Of a stretch of DNA of 64,000 nucleotides, positions 23,601 through 38,600 are shown piece after piece. This DNA is from Balanoglossus misakiensis (Eukaryota > Animalia > Hemichordata): contig CM082582.2 of the NCBI GenBank assembly GCA_040954595.2, forward strand, positions 7,938,063 through 8,002,062, given 5' to 3'. The stretch's first letter is position 1; every line of letters begins with the position of its first letter. Under the pieces are notes generated by a model. The model searched no databases. It worked only from the letters and a program-made list of their open reading frames with translations, and had not been told where the DNA came from. The translations under genes were made by a program, and so were the position numbers.

Positions 23601-26600
23601 AATACTTTAGCCTTACATAATGATAACATGGTTATTTGCTTTTAGCTCTGATTAGATTTTCTATGATATAGACTGGGAACTCCAAAGCAAAATAAGGATA
23701 TTGCTGAGAAAAATCCCAGAACATTCACTTTAATTCATGTTGAGTACACTCAGAGTCTAGTCAATACAGTATGGATTGTGCAAAAAACAATTATGATGAT
23801 TTCAAGAAGTTTGGATTGTTGTGATGACCAACCTAAGTGATGAGACCAATGGGACCTACAGCTCACCTGTTTACTGTGTGGTCAGCTTCAATGTAGAATA
23901 ATTACATTCTGATGAAAGAAGGATGCTATGCATGAAGAAACCCTAAAAAAATCTGCCCCCTCCACAGCTGTTGGATAGACGTTTGGTAGATAAAATTTGT
24001 CTAGAGTGTGTACAATATACAGTTACAAACTGAGCCTGTATAAGTTAAAGCTAATCATAGATACCGTAGAGATTTTCTCACAGTTCGTATTGCATGATAC
24101 CTTGTTAGCAATCGGACATTTCATTGTAGATTTGTACACAATGACAAATATTTCACTTTTAATACATTGAAATATGTTCAGAGATTAGTAGATGTTTGTG
24201 TAATGACTGATTTCATGTCCATTTCAAAGGATAGTGGCCGATATTCCTATTGACTAATTTTCCTTCGCCTGATCCCAATCAAATTTAATCCATCGTTTTG
24301 AGTCAGTTTGTCCCCTGTGATTGAAATTGAATGTGATAACTTTCTGACTCCCATTCATAATATCACCGCTCCGGGCAGTTAAACTACTTGCAAAATTGCT
24401 AATTTGTGTTATTATCCAAATCGCCCCGGGGCGGGATACGGCGTACACTTTGCCGATCATGCATACATACAACAGTGTGCTTCAAATACTTACGGAATGT
24501 GCACGAGACACGTACAATGTGTAAATGTTATTGTCCTCGTAAGGCCCTGCCCTAGAAGTGTTACCTTTACACCATTTAATTATTAAGTACGATTGATGTG
24601 TAATGGTTTTACAAGGACTTTTAATTTCAAAGTCATGAGTCATTAGTCCCCAAGCTGAGATTCCTATTCCACTTATTCAGTCTTATCACTAACCCATCAT
24701 TATCCCATCCCTTGTGACTCCATCTAATAATTCCCCTCAAGAGCCGCCTGTCTTTATTTCCTAAACATGATATCATTTCTAACAAAGACTAACAGGTTTA
24801 TAAAACATTTTGTCAGGCAAGTTCTGATATCAATTGATATTAATTTTCATATCAGGACATATTAATACTCACATGTTCTTATTAAACTAAAAGGATACAT
24901 GCAAAGTGTTTTGTTTCTGAGGGTACATCACGCTGTAATCTCAATTGTAATTCTGTTCTGCCCTTTCGAATTCATCCTATAAAAAGATTCATCATGATAT
25001 TGATCGGCCAAGCTAATAAAAATTGTATGGTTCTGATAACCTTTTCTACTCTAATTTTCCCAAGCGGAATAAATATGGAACTTAAAAAAAAAATATTCCA
25101 AATTACACAGAAATAGAGAATGAAAGTTGAAAACTCACAAAATCAGTATTCTTTTTGAGTGGCCTTAAGCGTTTGTTTACTGATCGCGGTGAAATATTTT
25201 TTATTCGATTTTGGTTGTTTCCAAGTGGTTTTTAAGCTCATTTTATGATGTCAAGAAGATTGTTCCTGATGCCTATCTGCAGTATTTGCCCAGTATTTAT
25301 GATATGTACTGATCTTTATGGTACGAATGTACACTTGTATCTCTGAAAAGAAAAAAAAGATGGTGGGAATATTTGTGTGAAAGTGGAACTTCTCTGAAGA
25401 ATTCAAACTTTCTCGACTCAGTGTCTTTGCAGCTGGATGTGTAAAAGGTAAACTGACTTTCACCACCCCCTTGCTTTTCAAGTCTTGCCTTTCAGGGTCG
25501 AGAACCCATCTTTGGCCTCTTTTTAAGTTGTGCTACATTTAGCCAAAGTCTTTCCATTTGCTTGAACTGATTGCAAATGTGATAAAGATGATAATAGTGG
25601 CTGATAATTACGGAGATAGTGTATCTCTCTGCCCAGGCAGTCAATTAGAATTCCAGTCTGCCTGTGTGTTTTCCCAGATAATCACAGAGCCAGATTTTAT
25701 GAAAAAATAATGATAAATAGGGGTCGCGCTCTCAGGGCGATGCAGAAATCAATAGGCTGATCAGGTATTGAAATCCTGATAGGGTCAGATGAATAGAGTT
25801 TTTACTCTCCTTGTTTTGTCAATGCTTTAACACTCATTGATAAAAAGCAAAGATAAGTGTCGCCTAGTCTCTGATGTGTACTGTCTGAATTCTATCTATT
25901 CATCTGCTTGCTATTAATTCAAACCTATCCACTGCCTCCCTTATCAGTCGCTGGTCACACACTTCAATTGCTAATGCATCTGGGAGGTTATGCCTAATTG
26001 TCGCAGGCAGTGTGTGAGTTCTGCAATTAAACTCTCTTTCATTTATCTCAAGAATGACATCTGTCCTGCTGCATTGAAGGAAACAAAGTTTTTCACTGTA
26101 ATGAATTTTTTCTCTTTTCCACCCCGCGAGCAAATCAATATGATAATCTGGCACGGCCGTTATCTTGTGTCTTTATCAAACGGGCCGTAATAGAGTTGCT
26201 GGCAGGGAATATTATATTTCTCATTTCAATGATGTACAGACACTGCTTCGGATAAAGTTTTCCTTTTCCTGTATGTGCTCGTTGATAGGATCGCTGCTCC
26301 GTCTGCGTTTTTTTCTCCCCTTTTCCTTTCCCCAGTGCTGCGTTGTGCGTGTGTGAGAAAATTTCAGCTACGACTGAACAAAGCGTTCAGTGGAGCATTA
26401 ACCAGGGGTCAGATAGCCATTCCTGTTGATCAATTAAAGATAGGGAAGTGTCTGGTTTCTGTGGTGGGAGTTTTTTTTGTGGAAGGGGGGGGGGGGGGGG
26501 AGAGTACAGGGCGACCGCTGTCCCCATTTGTTACAGTTTAAGAAACAAGGCCAATGGAGAACATGTGAGGGGGAATCAGACAAGATATACACATGCAAGG

Positions 26601-29600
26601 AGTGACTTGTATACAGAAAGTGATTATCCCGAAGATAATGGTGATTTTTTTTGCCAGAAATCTTATATACAAGACCATAATCAACGTAAAAGAGGATTTG
26701 ACACAAAAACCAAACATTGGGTTGAAAGCTGATGGAGGCATTGAAGGCTGATGGGGAGGTATCATGTGAGTAAAACTGATACGGATGCTCTTGCTCTGTA
26801 ATTGAAAAAGACAGTATGCAGACACTCCTTGCCCAGATCAATCAAAAGATATCTGTATCAGTTTTCCTGTGTGAAAACTCTGATGATAAATTGCTTTGAT
26901 TCCTCTGTTTCAAGAAACTAGATGATCTATCTCTTCTGAACCCCTTATCCAAGGCGTGTGGTGAATACATCAATCATTGAATTTTTGGTACGTACCAAAA
27001 ATTAGACTGTAGAAGTATTCTCACTTGATACCCATGTACAGGGTTGAGTTGTAACAACCAGTCATTGAACATGTTTAACTATAAAGAATTTACCAAGAGA
27101 TAGTAAAATAACCAAAATAATGGCAAAAATTAGTGATTTGAATATTCAAGTCAGACTTAAATTCAGTTGTCAGTAATTTATGATGCTGACTTTACTTATA
27201 TGGGTGCACTGGGGTCGTTTACTATTAGGTATAATGCAGAAGTGCGCCTCTTGTATGTCATAGTGCACTCCCACATATGTATCTGATACCAAGTGAATCA
27301 GAGTGCATATGGGCTGTGTCTTGCCATATACCAGGCATCTCACCATGCTGTACAAAGTTGATCGAGAGACTGCAGTCGATACACAGACTAGCAAAAGCAC
27401 TGAAAATATAGTAAAGTCACTTTGGGACTCCAAATCTGAGTGAAAAGTTGCGGCTAAAAGGAGATTTTATAAGCCTTCATTTCAATACAGAAGAGTATAT
27501 GTGTGTAAGACAGACAGGCTCAGACACAGGTCAGAAATGTGAAGTGGCAACCCACTCCCAACGTATTCCAGCTTTTTGTATTCCAAACCAGATGTTCATA
27601 TGATGTAATATGCAAATTATAGTAAAATGCAAATTATAAAAGGGCCTACAAAATGAGGTCAATGTCTTTTGGAATGCAAATTTTACAGTCTTACATGCGC
27701 AACAATCATGTCCCAACTGCAAAAATGGAGTCACGTAGTAAAACGCAATGGGCCACTCGGTTGTAACTGACGCAGAGGTATAAGTCACTTAAAAGTTTAA
27801 ATCAGACAACTTGCCCTCTGATACGGCGCTGATCTCCAGAAGTTGTAAAAGTTTGTGTAAGCCAAGACATTTAAAAGCGGAATGTGAGATTCAGATTATC
27901 TCAAACATTTTTGTGTTCAACTGATAAGCATCAAGGAGACCCATAAGTGCTCTTATCCTGCGAGCGACTATCTAACTTTCACTCTTTTTTTTTCCTCTCC
28001 CAGCTTAATCTGTTTACGTAGCAAGGTCTTTGGATGGTGCGCCGCCGTGCAAGGCAAAATATGCCTGTGATTTCTTGAGGTAACTGTAAATATTTATGCA
28101 GCAAAATGACCAAGACTGATGTATATCTCGAGTGTATTTTCTGTAGGCTATTAGGAAACAATCCCTGTGTAGGTGCGCAGACTTTCCAATTTTATCCCGC
28201 TGATTTTGACGATTGGGTGGGTATTTTTCTCGCAATTAAATGCATAGGCGTTCGGCGATTTGGGCAAATCGCTGCGGAGTATAAAATTTGTTTATGTTTG
28301 GACATAGTTCGGTGCTATCGTATTCCATTGCGGTGTGTCTTCATTTCTATGGTTTCTTCCAAGTTTTATACAGAAGGAATTGTAGAGGTGAATTCGCGCT
28401 GTCGCTGCCTACTTTCTCGGTGAAATCTCATGGTTACAGATTGAAACAGAGTATAAACTCAGTTACCTTGGCTGCAAGGTCACCCAATGCTGTGGACTGT
28501 GCCCTCTAACAAATATAATTTTGAAAGCTTTGAGTCAATTTGAAGATTTCTAAACATTTCTCTGAGTCAGCCCTATACCTTTGCATGTTGTGTGGATAAT
28601 TTACTGAGTCACCAGTGAGTTTGTTGAGTCAGTGGCACCTCATAATGGCTTAGAGTGGGCACATTGGTGCTGTATGAACAAAGTAATCAAAGATAATGTG
28701 CTGGTTTGGTTTTTGTGTACGTGTCAAAAGTTTTCAGATGATAACTAGTAAACGAAATCATGGAATCATGTAATTTTATGAGTGAAACACGAGTGAAAGA
28801 GGTTTCAGTGCTGAAAATAAAATGACAGCTTTTAATTGGGAGACATTTAGCGTCAAAATCAGCATCACAGCTGTGGGAACGGAAACAGGGTTACACACAC
28901 CCCCTGAAGGTAAATTGATACGTGTTCTGGTTTTAACCACTAATTGCCAGTTGGCCACCATGAAATCCCAGAGAGAGAGAGAGAGAGAGAGAGAGAAATG
29001 GTTTTCAGAAGCATATTCTTACATACACCATAGATACTTCTACTACCATACGTATTGCTGTAATACCCTACTATGTATTTGTAAAAATGTGTGATTACTG
29101 ATAATGTACATGGCCTGGGGATGTCACTCTCAAATGAACATGTATATGTACCTACTGCTTTCAATGTTGATCAAGTTCATTGCAAGAACCTACTTTTTTC
29201 TATGCTACATTTTATAAGTCCAAGTCAAATTGATCAAAGAAGACATTTAGTTAAAACTAAGCTTTAGGTACACGTGCTGCTCTGAGTGGCAGTTTACCAA
29301 ATGGACATCACTCAACGCAATGATGCAATAAAGTGAATGCTGTGAATTACTACGCTAACTAAGCAGTACTTGGCACTGTTTTTGCATCTGTAGATTTATT
29401 GATATGGTACCTTCTAATCTCAGTCCAGATTTATATCACTGGCAAGTTACATCCTGATATAATGGAAATAAAAAATTAAACATTGCAGTCTGATTGCGTG
29501 AACTGAAACTCATTGGATTTACATTGCAGTTTAGTGTACCAGTTTCATTTGATAGTCAATGAAATCTAAGCATGCAGGCTATTGACTTAAATCAGGTTTC

Positions 29601-32600
29601 AAGTGTAATAGGTTATTTCAAATGAACATGCTGTGTCAATATGCAGAGCAGTGGCAATCACAGTTGAAGATTCCTTCATGAATTTAAAAAACTCCACAGT
29701 CCAAATAAATCCATATTTCATCTCAAATCTCATATATCAATATCTAGATTCAGGCAGCTTATTTAAGCAATAACCCCCGCGGCAGGCGGGTATACATGAG
29801 ATTTTGGTACAATTCGAGACATATAGCACGAGCCGTCAGATGAGTGCTATATGGGGAGTGCTTTTAACATAAGCCATTGAACCTGATTTATCTTTATGGT
29901 TCTGTTAACTCAAAGTAATTTGACCTGTAGTCAAAATTTGATAAGTTTTATTCTGTATCAGTCACAAATATAATATTAATTGCTTATCAATAATTGATAT
30001 GTGAAGCTTTACTTCTTCCATGTTGCATAAAACTTAGACAAATGTGTCTTCCAAAATGCTGATTTTTGTAATATTGAACTCCATAATAAGCAAAAGTAGG
30101 TATATATATTCCAGGAATGCTCAAAAACTGAGTACAGTGCGAAAGTTCGCCCCTATACAAAAATATGAAAATACTATCAAAAGTTACAGCCACTGTTTGA
30201 CTGATATGTCAGTGTTTTCCACGAATATAGCAACAGTTGCTGGCTCCTATCCAGTAAAAAGCTGACATGTAATCACAGTTCGTGGAAAGTGCAATGTACA
30301 GTCAACTTGTCTAGTCTGCTTGTACTAGTTCGAAAAGGAGTTAAGTCAGTGATCCCGAGTTTAATCACTGTTCAAACGTGTGTGCTATCTGAAGGATCAG
30401 TTTCATTTTAACTCCGTTTGAGACTTGAGACGTATATAAAATTGGATCAGTCAACCTCCCACAGTTCAAAAGGTAAGGCAAGGATATCGGCACTGTGCTT
30501 GTTACCGAATTACAGCGAGATTTTTTTCGGGAACAGATACCGGAGTAGGTATGGAATCAATCTCATACTTTGTATAATAATACATCTGTGTTCGGTTCGC
30601 ATTTGGCAAGTGTAGACCTATATCTTTGTGAAAGGTCAGGCCTGGAAATTGAAAGCGATTACCCTGGCCTAGTCGGGTGACCTGATGTTGTGTTGAAATA
30701 TACTGAAGCAACAACTTATACAGTGATCAATCATCATTCAAATATACTAATTCTCTTCCATCCGTAGTTCTCTTCTGAGATTCAGGATCCTCCCTCAGGA
30801 ATGGTATTTATGTTGATTCTTTTGTGTGTTTTGTAAAGGCTATTATGTATTGAATCAGGTGCAAACGTTTGAGATGGTTTGGCTAGTGCTATGCCAAGTT
30901 AAATTTCTTTGAAATTTTTGAGGGAAAATGTTGAAATATACCTATTAAATTATAGCAATTTGCTCGCTTTTATGGTTGTAAAAGTTTTTCACTAAGACAT
31001 GTTTCCTGTAATAATAAGTGTACGTATGAGACGAGCCAAGTTGTCTGAAACTTCAAAGAGGGAAATTCGTAACATGCAGCGCCATCTTAACTGGATCTAA
31101 TGTAAATATCCTCAGTGTAGACAGTTATCTCAGGCACTTTGTATTATTTTACCATTCATGATATCTCCACCCTGTATTCATTTATTCAACTTCATAGACG
31201 TTCTTGAACGGCTGATGTTGTACAACTTTATTCATACATTTCTGTGAACCTGCAGTGTCATTCATATGAAACGCCGATAATTTACTGAAGTAAGCGGTGA
31301 AATATACATTTTGTGACTGTATCACATATCCTCTGCATAGTATAGAATCCAGCCTTTTTTTGACTGCAAAATGCGGGATACATTCCAGACTATCCACTGG
31401 TATATATATGACCTGAATTGGCAAAGCAGAGGAGAGTTCATTGCTGAATTGTGGAATTTGCCGGCGCGATGACCCACTATCATTTGGGAATGCAATTGCG
31501 AATTGTTGTATGTTTCCAGGAGTTTCTGCAGCCACGACAGGTGTGGCTAATTTGTATTCATCTCCAATCAGTCCGTACCAGGTCTACTAAAACTATATGT
31601 TTAATGTAACAATATTAATCCCATTTAATCAGTTATAGTTATTAATTTATATTGACATTTGTATAAGTGAATCTCACTGTAATAACTGCCATCGTAATTA
31701 TGTTAGTATGTATCATTAATCAGATGTGAGGTACTTCGGAGGGATGGCAATTAATATACTAATACAGTGAGTCAAATATACAAACCGTATCACAGAATGC
31801 CGGCAAATCACTTTCTAGTGACCCTTCCCATTCTTAATATCTCGAAAGGGCAGCATCTGCCAGTAAATTATAATGTTATCTAGTGATCCCAGTGTGGTCT
31901 CCATTATCTCTGAGACTTTTGAATAAAATAGCAATACTGCAATAAAGATGTAATCTATGCTGTAATATAAATCATTGCATATCACCAGTCCCCTCAGGTA
32001 GACTGACCTGCGCCTTTCCTCAATGTAAAGGTGACTCAACTGTGCAGTCAAGTCAAAAAGATAAATTTCACGTCCCAGTGCAACTGATAGGCATTTCAGC
32101 AAGAGCTTTGGCAGAGATAGATTCTCCACTAGGGATAGGCGGGATCGAATGATATCATCACCCAGCTTGCATGCGCGTGGAAGGTATAGACTGTGGCAGC
32201 CAGCTATAGCTAGGGCTGCGGGTTTGCCATTAGACCTGAAACCGTTTAGCGTGTGGAGTCGTGACAAAAAGTCAATATTGTTCCAAGCAAATGCGCCGAG
32301 GATGACAGATCAATTCCCCCTCGCTTGACTGACACGGCCGCTTCTGAAACGTGGTAGTCGGGAGTAGATGTCGGCTCGTGATCCTTAAATCCCATTTCCC
32401 AGAGGACCGGAGTGCCTGTGTTATTCAAAGCGCAACTCTGAACCGAAAGATAAGCGCGTCCCCAGACGCCGGGGAACTGGAATCTGCCAGGGCACGACTG
32501 GTGCCAACGAACAGTTTAGAGGGCAGAAGTTTCTCTGAAACTCTTTGTGAATTGGCCCCAGGTGAACTGAAGTGATCTTTAATGATGTGAATTTAAATGG

Positions 32601-35600
32601 AGTTGCCATGGATCTGAGTGATGGCAATTTGCCTTAGGGAATTGGCCTGTCCTGTACGTTTTCCTAGTAAAAACGACAAATAAGTTATAAAATTGGCAGA
32701 AAGTGGGCACATTTTGGATTTATGAAGATTCTAATATGTATGTGCGCATAGTGGTATGCCTGTACAACGAGAGGCTGAATAAATGGGTGTGGCACCTGTT
32801 TATTATATAACTTGTTCCCCTTTAAACATACAGTGCTCAGCAATTAGAGGTTGATAATACATGTATACTTGTGTGTACCCATCAGTAAGCTTATTCAAAT
32901 GGACCAATCTAAGTTTGAAAGTAAAAACGGTGAAATTAATGCAAAAGGTGACAGCTGATAGGACCGTAATGCCACTGAAGGAAACCAAAAGGAATAACAG
33001 TAGAGAACCACTGCAGTCAAAATACGGGAACAGTGTAGCCAACTTGAGGCTGTGAACTTCAGCAAGACAATAAAACAAACTCTGAATAGGACACATGTGG
33101 AATTCAAACGTAGAAACGTTTATTTCTGTGGACGTGCTTTCCAACTTGTTTGTACAGGATGTCACATGACATCTTCAGCGCGCACGCTGCGGTACACGTA
33201 GCCAAGGTGTGTCATTCTATTCAGGAGTAAAGCCTATTCACACTGATTGCATGACCTCATGTGTGGAGTATGTATTTCCCTTGGATTATGACATTTGTCA
33301 GTTTTACCTGATTTGTGTCTGCGATTGAAATGACCTTCCGTATAACAGCCTGTAATGAACGCAACATAGAAAGGTTTGCCGGTTTAACAAGTTTCAAAGA
33401 GGAACCGATGTATCTCTGGTTTGATTTCAGAAATTACTGTCAAGAAGAGTACAGATTGAAACTTTATAAATGAAAAAATAATCATGTTGTACCAGAACTA
33501 GTTAATGTGTCAAAGTTCGTGTAACACGTCATTAGAATAAATATTTTGCAATGTTAAATGTTAAGATGCCTCAAAATAATAAATATTTTCTAGTACTTTG
33601 TTATTTCAATGGATATTCTTTTTTATTAGAACACCGTTACTGGTAGGTTCAGTCAGATTTACAAAAAATCTAGATTGACATAAACAGTTCAGTGGATGCT
33701 AAGATTGGTTTTAAGAAAGTCTGTCTATGGTTTAACACATCTTGCAGAACTAAAATAGAAAATGAGAACTCACTGCTCAAATTTTTTTGTGTCGTGTAAT
33801 GTTTTTTAGCCAATGCAGCAAAAGTCGAACATGAATTCAGGGAAAGTATGAGCCAATACAGAGAACAGACACTGGATCGCTGTACGATTATGTTAACAGA
33901 AGCTGGCATTTATGAAAAATTCAATGGGACATTTTTTATCACAGGGAAGAATTTTGATAACACGTCGAGCGACATCACATTCTAAATCATCAGATCCGGT
34001 ACATGAATTGACAATGCTGATATCTGAGATTTCTAATTTATCAGTTTTTTTGGTCTTCGTGTTTCCATGAAAACTGCTCTCTGTATTCACGTGTTTTTTT
34101 TTTCAGCCATAGAATTCTATACAATATATCATACATCAACTTTGTGTAAACGGCAGATCAGATTTCCTTTCTTACTCAGTCCGTGGATTTCTGAACTTCA
34201 GATATAATCTGGCGTGCAGAAATATCTCTAGATTTTGAAATTGTAAACAGCATTATCAGCGTAGCCAGAAGGGTAAGAGTCTATCAGTTGCTTTGTGTGG
34301 TCCAGAAAAAGGAGAAAGCGCTGATTAAGCAGGCTGTAGGAATGGCAATAGATAAGAACAGACTCCATTATTTTGTCTGAAGATAGTGTCACTGAGGAAA
34401 AATACTGGTTGCCACAGTTGTGATTTCAGATAGACTGTTTATGTTACTTGCCTTGGGTTGGGTTTGGTTTTATCAGCTTGCAGTTCACTGGCCCAGCCCA
34501 GTTGTTGCCTATCTTAACTTTTATCTATCACATCTTATCTCCGGAGATATATCGCATGTCCAAGTTAGATATTAATAATTCTTTCTCTTGTGGACTTTGG
34601 GTCACTTTGCAAAACATCAATGATATTAAAAAAAAACCTGTCCTATCAATGAGGCCAGGGTATTTATAGTGCGAGCTAGGTAGTCATAACATTCATAATC
34701 TGTATGTTTGCTTTTTGCTGTGGGCCGCGATCAGTCAGGATTGTAGGAAGTCTGTGAAAGATTTGCCTCCGTGCCACTTCCCCCCACTCGCAGGTACGGA
34801 ACTCAATGACCGGGTTTTCGAAAAAATCCCTCCCAGCTGATTGGGTGTCAATTTTTAACCGCGCCTGTCCATGTGTTTTTTTGCGCTTTGCAGGGATGTA
34901 CAATGAGAGAGGAAGTGAAGAAGAAGAGATAGATACAGATGAACTGTTCGAGATGTCCGGATCATCGGGAGTCTGTGCTCGCAAGCGCGTCGGAAAGGGC
35001 GTTCTCTTTGGACCTTACAACGGCCGCATCTCTCCGTCCGCTGATTCGGAACTTCCCAACTCGGAAGACACCATCCAGGTAAGATACTTTAAGCGTCAGG
35101 AATTAATACACAAGGAATTTTATGATTTTGATAGCTGGGGTTTTCACCTGAACTGAAATCAGTATCTTAATAGGTACCTTTATCTACCGCATAGTTTGCG
35201 TACTGTGAGTAGTCGATAAACATCAATGTGACTGGCAGATTTTCAAAAAATGCCATGTGTGATGTCATCCTTAGATCCTGTTGGAGATTAATCTGATGTA
35301 ATCCGTAGGAAGATTTTGATAAGATTCACGAAAAACAGTTTACTTATACAATCATCGCACCACATGGGTTACCATTTGTCACCGAAAAAGAAAATTGTAA
35401 TATTTTGTCTTCGAATATGAAATGTAATGGTCACAGGCAACATGGTTGCCAGATACAGTCATAAATCAACCTTTAAATAAGAATAACTGAAGCTTTTGAT
35501 GTCAAAATTATGGATGAAATATTAATTTATTGTGTAGCGGCACTAGGGGAAAGGTTGTTGGCAACAGCCAAAAATTTCTATTGCTGGTGTGGGTGAATTA

Positions 35601-38600
35601 ATGGCTGTACATGCTGATAGAGCACGACTACAGTAAGTAAATATTTGTAACTCTACTGTCATGCGCGTACTTTTTATATCAAGTCATTAGAGATCCAAAG
35701 TTCTGAAAGTCGGATGTGTGCGTGCGCGCATTCAGGTATTCATCGGTACGCCCTTCATTGTGCCTGTTTGTGTGATAATCAGTGAAGAACTTCGATTTAC
35801 AAACTGTTAAAAAGGTTGAAGGTCTACGCGCAAGGTGTTGATTGACGATGAAGGACTACACTTTCATCAAGTGTGCCCTCTGTGGTAGCTTCTGATAAAT
35901 TTTCGAAGAGAAGCGTCATCGCTATCTTTCTCAGTCTGCCGCCCTCTTGAGCCAGGCAAGAATTTTTCACGTACGCGTTTTACTGCATGAGTCATATTTG
36001 ATCATGATGTGTCTTCAACTCTTGGCAAGGTAGCTTTACTTCTTGTTGTGTTCAACTTGAAGTGGCTAGAAATTCCCACATTGAACATGGTGCTCATTTC
36101 TGATACTTAGTATACACTTGTTCTTATATTTTTATGGTTCCATGTTCATATGCTCTCAATTTTGAGTGTTTATTCAGTAATAGCATTTATTAATCTTCAC
36201 CATCATTTCATCTTGCTTGTCATTTATAGAATAGGTTAGCCAACATGAGGTCCCTGGACTTTTTAATTTTTAAAATGGAATACTAACCTAATACACTTGA
36301 CCAAAGCAGTGAGTGGTACTTTGAGTGAAAGTTAAAGAGTTTGATTTTTGCAGTAGTTACTATGAGAGCTTTAATACTTGAAATATCTTGCACACTGTAT
36401 TAAAATCAGAAATCACTCTGGTAATTGTTGAGTGGAGCTTGGTCAATCATGTCTGGTAATAAATAGTACAATATATGTGACCCATGACACATACTACATG
36501 GACTTTTGTTTTGACCTCTTTTCCACATTGTTTTGGTCCAAACCGATTGTTTTCCGTGGTAAAGTTGGACCTGTAAAGAGGAAAACGGTGGTGAAAGGGT
36601 TAAAAATCACGTGATTGAAGTATCTGGCCAAATAGTGAGCATGATGATAGTGACACTTATATTTCCAAAACAATCACAGCTACTGGCCTTTGGAACATGA
36701 CAATACAAGAACACTAGCGAGGAAATAGATAACAAATAAAACTAGAGAGACAGCCACGTATATTACGTGATAATTAAAGCAGACAGTCCAGGAAAACCTA
36801 TTCTTCAAACACACACCTGGTACCTTAGCTTGCAGGAGAGTGTCGCACAGACGGATGATGCAGAGGGTACTAATAAACCAATGGCTCTTGAACATTTACC
36901 CGGGTAATTATTTCTTCGACTCAATCAATCAGTGCAAACATGTTGAACTCTCCGTGAAGAGAAATGGGTCAGTAACTGCTCGACGAACGTACGGAAATTG
37001 ATTGAAGTGTTACCAGAGGCATCCTGAGTTCCTGAGTGCACTCGATGCCGAATGAGAAAAATACCTTGTAACAATTACAACAATGGAAATCCCATGAATA
37101 CCGAATAGAAAGAAGAGTACATTTGAAACTTTTAGTGTATTAGGTCGTCACGGTTGCTGCTTGCGTAATTTTGGCAGTTGATGTGATGTTGGTCCTCTTT
37201 TCTTTCCAAAGCCAAATGGATGTGTGTCTGTGATTTGAAGACTCTTGATATGCATGACAGTCTCGTACGTGTACTACAAGAAAATCTAGTCAGTTTAATG
37301 CCAAAATACATCACAAACTCAATTGCTCAGCAGATGATGGTGACCGTATCCATCAAAGTCCAGAGAATGAATGAACATGTATACATTGAAATAAACACTT
37401 ATCATTGTAGATTTTTATGGGTATGATTAAGCTATGTAACTGAATACAATTTGATATCATGTAGAGTTGGTTTGAAATTATAATGAGGAAAAACGAAAGG
37501 TTTTATCAATTGCCTTGAATGGCGCTGTTACAAGTCACACTCTGCTCAACTCCAACATGTGCATATCGATGATGCTGATGATGGTGATAAAAGAAAAGCA
37601 AAGCAAAGCTATGGAAATGTCTAGTGAAAGCTATCTCCATTAATTTGAGTGTAGGTCATAAAAGATAATGATAAAGAAATCAGAGTAGTCATTCAGAGAG
37701 CAAACAGCTGTTTGTTGTTTCATTCAAAAACTCCCATCCCCAAGGACAAGTTCCTATCACCTTTACTAATCAGAGAAATCCATCATACTTTGAAAGTCCT
37801 CTCTCTCTGTTTGCATGGAAGTGATATCTATATATCTCAAGTTTAAAGGTATTTGCAGTTCAAAATTTGTTGTGATGCTGTGAAAGCTATCTGTCATCGC
37901 TGATCCAGAAAAATTCTTTTGTTATTTGAGCGGAGATGATATATAGTATACGCACACAGCTTTCGTATCTTCATTCACCTTGCTGTGTCATTAACCGCAT
38001 AATCTGATTTCGCGAAAAGAATACTTTATATTGACATTGCAAGATATGTATCCATAGCAGATATAGATAGGAATTATACTAATTTAGCTTCAGTAGTCCC
38101 TGAGGGTAGTTTAGTTTCTAAACTAATACAAAGGCATTGTTAAACTTGATGAGTTTACAACACTGATATGCTGTAAATCGTGGACAGTTTACATACAGGC
38201 CAGCTGCTCTGTGACATTGGTTTCTTGCACGGGACAATTTGATTAGGGCCGCGTCCATTAACCTAACAGTTCAGATGGTATTAACTGAGCGGGGGCCTTT
38301 AAGAAAATCTCGTACAAAATAGACTAATCCATTAATGTGAATGACAGTAAATCTATATGATTTTAATACGAACCCAGGTATTTATCGATTAATGATTGAG
38401 CAATGTTGCACTTTTGTACGTATGTTATGTTTGTGTTTTGTTCTCATGTCATAATGATGATTAATGAAAAGGGGATGATATTTCAACAAAATCACTGCAA
38501 AAGGTGACTGTGGTGATATAGAGATTTATGCTGACTTCTTTCAGGGCATTGTCTGAATTTCCTTCCTCTATTTCGTATCGTTTCAACTGATCAGCAAGTT

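Noticed and set aside
38008-38017. TTTCGCGAAA as a BANP-binding site
   Set aside because: Deviates from the TCTCGCGAGA motif and is not in a promoter.
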